IMG/VR virus record: IMGVR_UViG_3300030099_006944
Coordinates: 96,001-160,000 of that record
Length of the DNA stretch: 64,000 nt
DNA from: a virus
Strand: one strand, 5' to 3'
The position numbers were made by a program, and so were the translations under genes. Below, in pieces: positions 40,247-49,069 of this stretch. Each line of letters starts with the position of its first letter. Position 1 is the stretch's first letter. The notes under the pieces were generated by a model. It saw only the letters and a program-made list of their open reading frames with translations. It had not been told where the DNA came from and searched no databases.

Positions 40247-40282
40247 TTGACAACATAACCATAACAGGTTATATTATTATAT
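40247..40282 (+). repeat. 36-bp perfect direct repeat, copy 2 (contains a sigma70-like promoter)
   Basis: Identical to 40081-40116. Confidence 0.92.
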
Positions 40283-40303
40283 GTTCAACAAAAAGGAGTT
40301 ATT

Positions 40304-40552
40304 ATGAGCATTACACAACAATTTCCAGTATATACTGGCACATTCACCACACAAAAAGGTGAAAAACGTACGATGAACTTTATCAAAGTTTCAGATCTTC
40401 CGACATCCTTCACTAGTGTTTCTAGTCGTGCACGAAAATTGCAACCGGGTTTTGAAACAGTCTATGATGTAGATAAAAGTCAGTATAGAACTTTCAATTA
40501 TAACTCATTGATTGGGTCTGTACAGATGTCACATCGTACAATTACAATTTAA
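40304..40552 (+). CDS. Small SH3-fold protein (WYL_2/DUF2693-like)
   Basis: F-TT.KGEKRTM....YDVDKS.YRTF pattern. Confidence 0.55.
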   Translation: MSITQQFPVYTGTFTTQKGEKRTMNFIKVSDLPTSFTSVSSRARKLQPGFETVYDVDKSQYRTFNYNSLIGSVQMSHRTITI

Positions 40553-40610
40553 GGGTAGTCCCTTGGGTTTTTTGTCTGTTTTTTTCCTCAAAAAAACTTT
40601 CACTTTTTTC

Positions 40611-40639
40611 TTGACAAAGTTTAAAATATATGTTATATT
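40611..40639 (+). promoter_or_regulatory. Sigma70-like promoter (SSB gene)
   Basis: TTGACA-N17-TATATT. Confidence 0.8.
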
Positions 40640-40729
40640 ATAAATATAAGCTAAGTCTTAAAACACAAAAAATCTAACGGTAAGGTTGAAACCCTGCCGT
40701 ATATGATAGCAACAAAAGGAGAACTAATC

Positions 40730-41500
40730 ATGGCTATTAATATCGAAGCGATGCGAGCCAAACTTAACGCATCTAAAAATGGCAACAAAGGTCAAACAAA
40801 CAATACGAAATGGCGACCAACTCAAGGAGACCAAACCATTCGTATACTTCCTACAGAAGATGGTGACCCGTTTAAGGAATTTCACTTTCATTATAATGTA
40901 GGCAAAAATCCCGGAATTCTATGCCCAAAGAAAAACCACGGAGAGGATTGTCCAATCTGTGAGTTCGCATCTACATTGTGGAGACAAGGTGTTGAAAATG
41001 ACGACACAGCTCTTAAGAATGAAGCTAAAAAACTTTTTGTTCGTAAGCGTTATTACTCTCCAATCATTGTACGTGGCAAAGAATCCGAAGGAGTAAAAGT
41101 TTGGTCTTATGGAAAGCAAGCCTATGAAACCCTTCTAGGGTATGTTCTGGATCCCGATTATGGTGATATCACAGATTCCGAAACCGGTACTGATATTGTT
41201 CTTAATTATGATGTTCCGGGTACCCCCGGCTCTTTCCCTAAGACTACCCTAAAACCCCGTCGACGTCCGAGCGTTTTGTGTGATGATGCTATTAGCGATT
41301 GTGATGCATTGCTCGACTCAGTCCCAGATATTGGTGGTCTTTTTGATAGAAAAACTACTGAGGATATTCAAGCTCTGCTAGATGATTTCCTGTCTACCGA
41401 CACGTCCTCCGAAAGTAGATCTAGTGAAACTACAAAGTATAATACATCATCCACCTCGGACGTCGATAAGGAGTTCCAAAAATTCATGAACGATGAGTAA
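40730..41500 (+). CDS. Single-stranded DNA-binding protein (T4 gp32-like)
   Basis: TIRILP...PFKEFHFHY, CPK...CPICE zinc motif, GVKVWSYGK, GDITD.ETGTDI, acidic C-terminal tail; start at ATG 40730. Confidence 0.85.
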   Translation: MAINIEAMRAKLNASKNGNKGQTNNTKWRPTQGDQTIRILPTEDGDPFKEFHFHYNVGKNPGILCPKKNHGEDCPICEFASTLWRQGVENDDTALKNEAKKLFVRKRYYSPIIVRGKESEGVKVWSYGKQAYETLLGYVLDPDYGDITDSETGTDIVLNYDVPGTPGSFPKTTLKPRRRPSVLCDDAISDCDALLDSVPDIGGLFDRKTTEDIQALLDDFLSTDTSSESRSSETTKYNTSSTSDVDKEFQKFMNDE

Positions 41501-41521
41501 GTCGTAGTCCTCCTGTGTTGA

Positions 41522-41564
41522 AGGGTTTACCGCCCACCCTAGAATAAAAGTGGCGGTTTCTTTT
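41522..41564 (+). terminator. Terminator-like hairpin with an alternative pseudoknot fold after the SSB gene
   Basis: accgcc(c)ac...gtggcggt followed by ttctttt; agggt/accct can also pair. Confidence 0.55.
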
Positions 41565-41619
41565 AAACAAAGCAGCGGGGGAAGGCTTAAAGATCCCCCT
41601 TATATAAAAGGAGAGTGAA

Positions 41620-42111
41620 ATGACTTATAATTATAATCCCAAGCCCAAAAATATTGTCACTGTACACTATGTTGGTACCTTGGATGATGGTCAAGAGTTT
41701 GATAATTCTCACAAAAGAGGTGAGCCGTTAACATTCACGATAGGTAGTGGACAAATGATCCCGGGTTTCGAAGCGAATGTTATAGGAATGAAAAAAGGAG
41801 AGAGTAAAAATTTTACGCTATCTCCGGATGAAGCATATGGACAAGTCAGAGAAAACCTATTTCAGACTTTTCAGAGAACTCAGTTTCCACCAGATTTTGA
41901 GATACAAGTGGGGTCGATGATAAACGTCCCAACCAACGATGGCCAAATATTTCCTGCAACCATTAATTTTGCTGATGAAGAAAATGTGGTATTGGATTTT
42001 AATCACCCAATGGCTGGAAAAAACTTGAACTTCGATATTGAAGTTATTAATATTATAAACGAAAAAGGAGAAACACTTGGGGAAGTTGATACAAATGAAG
42101 AAACCGGGTAA
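41620..42111 (+). CDS. FKBP-type peptidyl-prolyl isomerase (SlyD/FkpB-like, with insert-in-flap)
   Basis: VTVHYVGTLDDGQEFDNS...PLTFTIGSGQMIPGFE...SPDEAYG...LDFNHPMAGKNLNFDIEV. Confidence 0.93.
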   Translation: MTYNYNPKPKNIVTVHYVGTLDDGQEFDNSHKRGEPLTFTIGSGQMIPGFEANVIGMKKGESKNFTLSPDEAYGQVRENLFQTFQRTQFPPDFEIQVGSMINVPTNDGQIFPATINFADEENVVLDFNHPMAGKNLNFDIEVINIINEKGETLGEVDTNEETG

Positions 42112-43189
42112 AATTGACATTTCAGCGATGAAAAAATTTGTTAACAAACAAGTTGGAATAGATATCGCACACGATCTCCGTCAGGATAATCCTACGGAAG
42201 TTAAAACTTGGATCCCTACTGGATCTAGGTGGCTTGACTCTATAACTTGTAGAGGAAGGTATGGTGGTATTCCCGTTGGGAAGATTACCGAGATTGCTGG
42301 TTTAAGCTCAGCCGGCAAATCTTTTATGGCTGTTCAGATAGCCGCCAATGCTCAGAAGATGGGTCACACTGTGGTCTACTTCGATGCTGAAAGCGCTATC
42401 GATCCACAGTTTCTTACAACTGCGGGAGTCAATACGGATGAACTTCTGTATATTCAGGCTCTTTCTGTGGAGAAAGTTCTCGAAACAATTGAGGACTTAA
42501 TGGGAGAATATCCTGAAACTCAATTCCTTTTCATTTGGGATAGCATTGCTGCTACTTCTTCTGAAAAAGAAATAGAATCAGACTTCAACCCTCAATCCAC
42601 TATGGCAGTCAAGCCTCGCATTTTTGCTAAGGCTTTTCCGAAACTTACAATCCCTCTTGCCAATCAACAGTGTACGTTGATCTTGATTAATCAATTAAAG
42701 ACCAACATCACTAGTAATGTAGCCGAAGCAATGACAACCCCATTTATTGCTCCCGGTGGTAAGGCGATTGAATATTTCTGCTCCCAGCGTATTTGGTTAA
42801 CAAAGCGAAAGGCAAAAGCAGGATATGTCACAGACCAATCTGGTTTGCGAATTGGTTCGGAAGTAAAGGTCAAGATTGAAAAATCTAGATTTGGAACGGA
42901 AGGAAGAACTTGTGGGTTCAAAATCCTGTGGGGTGGCGAGGCACGAATTCAAGATGAAGAATCGTGGCTTGAAGCCCTGCGTTTATCCCAATCAGACCGT
43001 TTTCGGGTAGGAGGTGGATGGTACTACCTTACCGACTCTAAGGGTAAGGAGATAAAATTCCGATCCTCCTCTTGGTTGGATAAACTAAAAGATCAAAAAT
43101 TTAAGTCTCTGGTCTTTGAAATTATGGATGAAGAGATAATTAAGAAGTTCGATACTGAAGGCAAGAATTTCAATGTCGACAAAGAATAG
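42077..43189 (+). CDS. recA: RecA/UvsX recombinase
   Basis: Walker A GLSSAGKS, YFDAE, Walker B FIWDSIA, LINQL, PGGKAIEY, KIEKSR. Confidence 0.93.
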   Translation: MGKLIQMKKPGKIDISAMKKFVNKQVGIDIAHDLRQDNPTEVKTWIPTGSRWLDSITCRGRYGGIPVGKITEIAGLSSAGKSFMAVQIAANAQKMGHTVVYFDAESAIDPQFLTTAGVNTDELLYIQALSVEKVLETIEDLMGEYPETQFLFIWDSIAATSSEKEIESDFNPQSTMAVKPRIFAKAFPKLTIPLANQQCTLILINQLKTNITSNVAEAMTTPFIAPGGKAIEYFCSQRIWLTKRKAKAGYVTDQSGLRIGSEVKVKIEKSRFGTEGRTCGFKILWGGEARIQDEESWLEALRLSQSDRFRVGGGWYYLTDSKGKEIKFRSSSWLDKLKDQKFKSLVFEIMDEEIIKKFDTEGKNFNVDKE

Positions 43190-43222
43190 TGATTTGATAC
43201 ATCATTGTTTTTCTCCATGTAG

Positions 43223-43256
43223 CCCTCACCTTGTAATACAGGTGAGGGTTTTTTAT
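43223..43256 (+). terminator. Rho-independent terminator
   Basis: ccctcacct...aggtgaggg followed by tttttt. Confidence 0.85.
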
Positions 43257-43264
43257 TTATTTAC

Positions 43265-43293
43265 TTGACAAACTAAACACAACAGGTTATATT
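43265..43293 (+). promoter_or_regulatory. Sigma70-like promoter
   Basis: TTGACA-N17-TATATT. Confidence 0.8.
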
Positions 43294-43316
43294 ATTAATA
43301 TAATACGGAGGACAGT

Positions 43317-43469
43317 ATGAAAAAAATATTAATTAAACACGAAGGTATTCAATTTTACGGATATCTAGTCGAGGACAAGAAAACAAAGTTTATTGCTCTC
43401 AATGAATCAAAAGTAGTAACTTGGCATTACCCTAAGGTAGCGTACTCGTACACAATCGTGGAGGGGTAA
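43317..43469 (+). CDS. 50-aa hypothetical protein (absent from the ORF track)
   Basis: GGAGG RBS, own promoter at 43265; its TAA overlaps the next ATG. Confidence 0.6.
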   Translation: MKKILIKHEGIQFYGYLVEDKKTKFIALNESKVVTWHYPKVAYSYTIVEG

Positions 43470-44419
43470 TGAATAAAGTTATGTTTATCGATGGACTGAA
43501 TATGTTTATCCGCAGCTACATCGTAAACCCAACTTTGGATAAGCATGGCAACCCCATAGGCGGTTGTATAGGTTTCTTAAAATCCTTGCAAAAGGTTACT
43601 AGGAAATTTCAACCTGACGAAGTAATAGTTGCTTGGGATGGTCACGAAGGTTCACAGCGCAAAAGAGCTTTGAACAAACAGTATAAAGAGGGTCGAGGCC
43701 CGATAAGGTTTAACCGTAGGTTAATTGAGTTGTCACCAGAAGAACAAACAAAAAACAAAGCCTATCAACTTATTAGGCTGATGGAGTACTTAAATGAATT
43801 ACCAGTCATTCAAATCACTATCGACTTTGTTGAGGCCGATGATGTTATCGCTTATGGAGCACGGCACCCTTATTACGGAGGGTGGAATAAAATCATTGTT
43901 TCTTCCGATAAAGACTTCTTTCAACTCTGCGATAAGCAGACATCTATCTATCGACCTATCCAAGATAAAGTGGTTACACAGCAAAGCATTCTTGATGAGT
44001 TTAAAATTCATCCCAATAATTTTGCCGTTGCTCGTGCAATTGCAGGAGACACGAGCGATAACCTTCCCGGTGTGCCTGGGGTTGGGCTTAAAACAATTGC
44101 AAAGCGCTTTCCTTTCTTGGCTTTCGAAGAAGAATCAGACTGCCAAAAGATTGTTACAAATTGTGCAATGCAAACAAAAAAGCTTAAATTACACGAAAAC
44201 ATTATCAAGTCTGCTGATTTGGTAAAAAACAATTATAGAATCATGCAACTGTATTCACCAAACATCAGACCGGTGAATAGAATTTTTATTGACAATACGA
44301 TAATCCAGTTTGAACCTGAGTTTTCAAAACTAAATTTTACGAAAATGCTGTTTGAAGATGACTGCGGCTATATCAAATTTGATGAACTAACTATGGTCAT
44401 GAAAAAAATAAAAAGATAA
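43469..44419 (+). CDS. 5'-3' exonuclease / RNase H (T4 rnh, FEN family)
   Basis: MFIDGLN, AWDG, YKEGR, EADDVI, SSDKDFFQL, AIAGDTSDNLPGVPGVGLKT. Confidence 0.93.
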   Translation: MNKVMFIDGLNMFIRSYIVNPTLDKHGNPIGGCIGFLKSLQKVTRKFQPDEVIVAWDGHEGSQRKRALNKQYKEGRGPIRFNRRLIELSPEEQTKNKAYQLIRLMEYLNELPVIQITIDFVEADDVIAYGARHPYYGGWNKIIVSSDKDFFQLCDKQTSIYRPIQDKVVTQQSILDEFKIHPNNFAVARAIAGDTSDNLPGVPGVGLKTIAKRFPFLAFEEESDCQKIVTNCAMQTKKLKLHENIIKSADLVKNNYRIMQLYSPNIRPVNRIFIDNTIIQFEPEFSKLNFTKMLFEDDCGYIKFDELTMVMKKIKR

Positions 44420-44428
44420 AAAACAAAA

Positions 44429-44456
44429 TTGACAAATGAAAATTATATGTTATAAT
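44429..44456 (+). promoter_or_regulatory. Sigma70-like promoter (dnaB)
   Basis: TTGACA-N16-TATAAT with TG upstream of the -10 element. Confidence 0.7.
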
Positions 44457-44477
44457 TAATAACACATTGGAGGACAA

Positions 44478-45833
44478 ATGTATAATAATGATCAAGACAC
44501 TTTCTCACGTTTTGGGAAAAAATTTCAAGAAAATATGTGCCAACTTATGTTGGAAGACCGGCCATTTTATGACCAAATCTCAGAAGTTATAGATATCAAT
44601 TTCTTTGAAAAAAAATATCTGCAAATATTTATAGAAACACTGATGAAGCATAGAGAGAAATACTCTACTCATCCAAATTTTGAGGTAATGATGTCTCTAT
44701 TGAGAACTGAATTGAACCACCATGATAGAGCAACCGCCAAAGCAGTAAGGGATTTTTTTGCTAGAATAAAATCTTCGGATGGTATCGAAGAAGCCGCTTG
44801 GATAAAAGATAAGGCTATCGATTTCTGTCGAAAACAAGTGCTCAAAGCAGCAATGCTCAAATCAGTTAAATTATTGAAGTCCTCCTCGTTTGACGAGATT
44901 GAAAAAGTTATTCAGGACGCTTTGAAGCTAGGTACAGATAATAATTTCGGACACGAGTATCACAAGGATGCCCTTGCAAGATTCGAGATCGTCAATCGTA
45001 ACCCAATCACAACTGGTTGGGATCGTATGGATGAAATATGCAAAGGAGGCCTAGGAAAAAATGAACTTGGCGTTGTTATTGCTCCTACTGGCGCTGGAAA
45101 GTCAATGGTTCTTGTCCACCTCGCCACAGAAGCACTCAAAAAAGGAAAAACAGTAGTGTATTACACACTGGAACTTAAAGACACGGTAGTAGGAAGTAGG
45201 TTTGACTCTTGCTTGACCGGAATTCCTCTCAATGAACTGAGGGATCGAAAAGAAGAGGTCTTGGATAAGATTGAAAACGTCGACGGCTCTTTGATAATCA
45301 AAGAATATCCAACCAAGTCCGCTTCGGTTCAGACAATCAAAAATCACATTGAGAAATTGAAAAAGAGAGGCATAGAACCAGATATTGTGTTGGTTGATTA
45401 TGCTGATCTACTTAGACCACCTCGCGTTTCTGGTGAAAAACGTCATGAGTTAGAGGAAATTTATGAAAACCTCAGAGCCATTGCTCAGATTTATGAAATA
45501 CCAGTCTGGACCGCCTCACAAACAAACCGCGGAGGCTTGAATGCTGAGGTCATAACAATGGAAGCTATCTCGGAGGCATTCAACAAATGTTTTGTAGCCG
45601 ATTTTATCTTTTCGTTGTCAAGAACTGTCCAAGACAAACAGGCGAACAAAGGAAGAGTCTTTATCGCCAAAAATAGAAATGGCCCTGACGGCATGGTGTT
45701 CCAATCGTTCGTAGATTGGTCAGATGTCACAATTAAAATATTAGATAGGGATGAAGATGTCGATGCTATGCAATCTACCGCGGAAGCTCTGACTCTTCTT
45801 AAAAAGAAATATCAAGAAATATCAGCGAAATAG
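44478..45833 (+). CDS. dnaB: Replicative DnaB-like helicase (gp41-like)
   Basis: Walker A APTGAGKS, YTLEL, VLVDYADL, WTASQTNR, AKNRNGP. Confidence 0.92.
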   Translation: MYNNDQDTFSRFGKKFQENMCQLMLEDRPFYDQISEVIDINFFEKKYLQIFIETLMKHREKYSTHPNFEVMMSLLRTELNHHDRATAKAVRDFFARIKSSDGIEEAAWIKDKAIDFCRKQVLKAAMLKSVKLLKSSSFDEIEKVIQDALKLGTDNNFGHEYHKDALARFEIVNRNPITTGWDRMDEICKGGLGKNELGVVIAPTGAGKSMVLVHLATEALKKGKTVVYYTLELKDTVVGSRFDSCLTGIPLNELRDRKEEVLDKIENVDGSLIIKEYPTKSASVQTIKNHIEKLKKRGIEPDIVLVDYADLLRPPRVSGEKRHELEEIYENLRAIAQIYEIPVWTASQTNRGGLNAEVITMEAISEAFNKCFVADFIFSLSRTVQDKQANKGRVFIAKNRNGPDGMVFQSFVDWSDVTIKILDRDEDVDAMQSTAEALTLLKKKYQEISAK

Positions 45834-45843
45834 GAGAGCAAGT

Positions 45844-47697
45844 ATGGAACTAGAAAAAAAAATCTTGTCGGACATAACTGTGCATATGAAATATGCTCGG
45901 TACTTGGAAGACGAAAACCGTAGAGAAAACTGGAACGAATTAGTAACGAGGAACATGAATATGCACCTCAAAAAATTCCCTAGTTTAGAAAGAGAAATAA
46001 AAAATGCTTATCAATATGTTTTTGATAAGAAAGTGCTACCTTCAATGAGAAGCATGCAATTTGGAGGAAAACCTATCGAGGTCTCCCCAAATCGTATATT
46101 CAATTGTGCTTTCGCTCCTGTCGATAATTATCATGTTTTTTCTGAAATCATGTTTCTCCTCCTAGGAGGCACAGGCGTAGGGTTTTCAGTACAAAAACAT
46201 CACGTCAATAAACTACCAGAGATCAGAAGACCTTCAAATAGAAGCCGTAGGTTTTTAGTTGGAGATTCAATTGAAGGTTGGGCAGATTCTGTAAAAGCAT
46301 TAATCCAATCCTACTTCAAAGGCACTTCAAAGTTGCGTTTTGATTTTAGCGACATCCGTCCAAAGGGCGCAAGACTAGTTACATCAGGTGGAAAAGCTCC
46401 CGGACCACAACCACTCAAAGAGTGTTTAGTAAAAATAGAAGGAATATTAGATGAAAAAGACGACGGAGAACAACTTACACCCATTGAAGTTCATGATATC
46501 ATCTGCTATATTGCGGATGCAGTTCTTGCGGGAGGTATTCGTAGGGCTGCCCTTATATCTTTATTCTCTGCTGACGACGAAGAAATGCTGTCAGCAAAAA
46601 CTGGAAACTGGTGGGAACTCAATCCACAACGTGGCCGTGCTAACAATTCTGCTGTCCTTATGCGGCATCGTATTGACCGTAGCACTTTTATGTCTATATG
46701 GGATCGAGTACGTGAATCAGGTAGTGGAGAGCCGGGATTCTATTTCTCCAACGACAAAGATTGGGGAACAAATCCCTGTTGTGAAATAGGTTTAAGACCA
46801 TATCAGTTTTGTAATTTAACAGAAGTAAATGTCAGTGACGTTTCAACCCAAGAACAACTAGAAGAAAGAGTTCGCGCTGCGACCTTCATAGGTACCCTTC
46901 AAGCGTCTTACACGGACTTCCACTACCTAAGACCTATCTGGAAGCGAAACACGGAAAAGGATGCCCTTATCGGCGTTTCTATGACCGGTATTGCATCCGG
47001 CGGTGTTCTCAAACTGGATATGCAAGAGGCCTCCTTGATTGTCAAAAGAGAAAACAGAAGAATAGCCTTTCAGATTGGGATAAAACCAGCAGCCAGAACC
47101 ACATGTGTTAAGCCGGCTGGTACAACATCGCTAACCCTAGGTACATCCAGTGGTATTCATGCATGGCACAACGACTATTATATACGTAGAATTCGTGTGG
47201 GAAAAAACGAATCAATATATTCATACTTGGTTAATAACATTCCAGAATTAGTGGAAGATGATAAGTTCCGCCCTCATGATACAGCAATCATCATGATACC
47301 TCAGAAAGCACCACAAGGCTCCATAACGCGTCATGAAAGCGCTTTGGATTTATTAAGAAGGGTAAAGACCATAAGTGATACTTGGATCCAAGGAGGGCAC
47401 CAAAATGGACACAATACTCATAATGTTTCGGCCACTGTTACTATAAAACCTGACGAATGGAAATGTGTTGGAGAGTGGATGTGGTTGAATCGTAAATGCT
47501 ATAACGGATTATCTGTCTTACCTCACTCAGATCACACTTATGTACAGGCGCCTTTCGAGGATTGCACCCGAGAAGAGTACGAAAATTTACTTCCAAAGCT
47601 AAAAAGTATTAACTTGGATCTAATTATAGAAGAGCAGGACGAAACAAATTTATCCGGTGAACTAGCATGTGCCGGTGGATCTTGCGAACTATTTTAG
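45844..47697 (+). CDS. nrdJ: Class II (adenosylcobalamin-dependent) ribonucleotide reductase, monomeric type
   Basis: LPSMRSMQFGG, NCAF, GGIRRAALI, GTNPCCEI, FCNLTEVN, CVKPAGTTS, C-terminal ELACAGGSCE. Confidence 0.93.
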   Translation: MELEKKILSDITVHMKYARYLEDENRRENWNELVTRNMNMHLKKFPSLEREIKNAYQYVFDKKVLPSMRSMQFGGKPIEVSPNRIFNCAFAPVDNYHVFSEIMFLLLGGTGVGFSVQKHHVNKLPEIRRPSNRSRRFLVGDSIEGWADSVKALIQSYFKGTSKLRFDFSDIRPKGARLVTSGGKAPGPQPLKECLVKIEGILDEKDDGEQLTPIEVHDIICYIADAVLAGGIRRAALISLFSADDEEMLSAKTGNWWELNPQRGRANNSAVLMRHRIDRSTFMSIWDRVRESGSGEPGFYFSNDKDWGTNPCCEIGLRPYQFCNLTEVNVSDVSTQEQLEERVRAATFIGTLQASYTDFHYLRPIWKRNTEKDALIGVSMTGIASGGVLKLDMQEASLIVKRENRRIAFQIGIKPAARTTCVKPAGTTSLTLGTSSGIHAWHNDYYIRRIRVGKNESIYSYLVNNIPELVEDDKFRPHDTAIIMIPQKAPQGSITRHESALDLLRRVKTISDTWIQGGHQNGHNTHNVSATVTIKPDEWKCVGEWMWLNRKCYNGLSVLPHSDHTYVQAPFEDCTREEYENLLPKLKSINLDLIIEEQDETNLSGELACAGGSCELF

Positions 47698-47706
47698 GAG
47701 AATAAA

Positions 47707-47895
47707 ATGAGAGAACGTTTGGAAATAATTATAGAAGAACTCCGTGCTGCAATGGCCGATGTTGATAAAGTCGAATCTGGAACCTATGGGTACAAAGCGG
47801 CTGCACCTAGGGCTCGCAAAGCAGCTCTTACGGCTATTAAAGAACTTAAAGAGTTGAGAGTTGAAATCCAAGAAAAAAAGAATTCTCACAATTAA
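47707..47895 (+). CDS. Hc1-like (histone H1-like N-terminal domain) small protein
   Basis: D..K...G.KAAAPRARKA.L...KELKELR matches the Hc1 core pattern (GNKAAGTRARKASL). Confidence 0.7.
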   Translation: MRERLEIIIEELRAAMADVDKVESGTYGYKAAAPRARKAALTAIKELKELRVEIQEKKNSHN

Positions 47896-47898
47896 TAC

Positions 47899-47927
47899 TT
47901 GACAAACGCCTTTTAATGTGTTATATT
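47899..47927 (+). promoter_or_regulatory. Sigma70-like promoter (groES)
   Basis: TTGACA-N17-TATATT. Confidence 0.8.
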
Positions 47928-47973
47928 ATTTAATATGTTAAAAGGCGTTTGCTATATTTACAGCGGAGGTAAT

Positions 47974-48249
47974 ATGTATTTAGAGCCACATAATCGTCAC
48001 CTTTTGGTGCACCCCTTAGATGATAAGGAAGAGAAAAAAGGCTTTGTCCTTCCGGAGGGTTACAAGACTCCCCAAACACCACATGTTATATGTGACGTTC
48101 TAGGAAAAGCAGAAGATTGCAAGGTAACAGTGAACATAGGAGATCGAATTGTAGTAGAAAGAACTATGTTGCACGAGATAAAAGCAATGGGAGAAACTAA
48201 TTATCTAGTGCTAGAAAATTATGTTTATGGGAGACTACAAGATGAATAA
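47974..48249 (+). CDS. groES: GroES/Cpn10-like co-chaperonin
   Basis: LEPHNRHLLV, GFVLP mobile loop, VNIGDRIVV, LVLENYVYGRL; start at ATG 47974 with a GGAGGT RBS. Confidence 0.8.
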   Translation: MYLEPHNRHLLVHPLDDKEEKKGFVLPEGYKTPQTPHVICDVLGKAEDCKVTVNIGDRIVVERTMLHEIKAMGETNYLVLENYVYGRLQDE

Positions 48250-49069
48250 GAAACAACTAAAAGAAATGATCAAACAGGTTATACTTGAAAACAGAAAGAA
48301 ATCTGTTCTCTTGGAGACCCCTCAATTACATGAAGCAACTTTTGCAAAAGCAGCAGATTATATAGACAACAAGAAACTACCATTCTTTATTGTGTCTGCT
48401 TTTCGTGGAGAACGCGGAACAAAATACAGTAGAAAAAACATATCAGCCGCTGGTGATGTTAAAGATTTCTTAAAATCTAAGGGATTGTCATATACCATAG
48501 TGGATGGTGGCTATACTGAGAAAAAGAGAGACAAAATAACGAAAGAACCACTTAAAAACCCTGAAACAGGTGATCCGGTTTACAGTGTTGAGGAAGAAGA
48601 GAGTTATTTGGTGTTTGGGGATGTACCTCATTACGGAGACACATCAGCAGCAGTTACCGATGTACAAGAACTTTTTGAGATTGCCAAAGAAGCCTGTCTT
48701 ATTGATCCTGAGAATCCCCAAGAAACTTTCAGTTTCGGATATCCAGTCGATATAATAGAACCGGGTTCAAAAGAACCTGTTCGCGAAATGCGCATAGCTT
48801 TATATGAAAACGATGCTCCGAGTTATGCACGGGAACATATGTTTACCGAATGGGGTGGTCCTTGGAATTCTTTCGCAAAGATGATGAGTGATGTTGGAGC
48901 TTACACTAAGATCAGAGGCACAAAAGGTGCTTTCGCTGAAGAAAAACTTGAAGAAGCTAGGAACATGAAAGTCAACAGTGTCATGGATGGATACAAAAAA
49001 CAACATTATGTTGATTACTGGACAAAAATGAAGGCCCGATGGGATCACGAAAACAAAAAGAGGTCTTAA
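48242..49069 (+). CDS. Hypothetical protein with a capsid-targeting-like leader; possibly DUF3293-like core
   Basis: Leader MNKKQLKEMIKQVILE; FFIVSAFRG...N...L...G..Y..V.G...EESYLV. Confidence 0.55.
   Translation: MNKKQLKEMIKQVILENRKKSVLLETPQLHEATFAKAADYIDNKKLPFFIVSAFRGERGTKYSRKNISAAGDVKDFLKSKGLSYTIVDGGYTEKKRDKITKEPLKNPETGDPVYSVEEEESYLVFGDVPHYGDTSAAVTDVQELFEIAKEACLIDPENPQETFSFGYPVDIIEPGSKEPVREMRIALYENDAPSYAREHMFTEWGGPWNSFAKMMSDVGAYTKIRGTKGAFAEEKLEEARNMKVNSVMDGYKKQHYVDYWTKMKARWDHENKKRS

Noticed and set aside
40081-40282. 36-bp direct repeats as a CRISPR array
   Set aside because: Only two copies, 130 nt between them containing an RBS and an ORF; the repeat is a -35/-10 promoter, is not palindromic, and no cas genes are present.
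41522-41557. preQ1-I riboswitch
   Set aside because: The architecture is similar (short pseudoknot, A-rich loop 3), but the ligand-pairing C before the P1 3' strand is an A here, and no queuosine gene follows.
42077-47697. Inteins or group I introns in recA, dnaB or nrdJ
   Set aside because: Protein lengths and motif spacing are normal; no C/S...HN splice junctions or LAGLIDADG/HNH inserts were seen.
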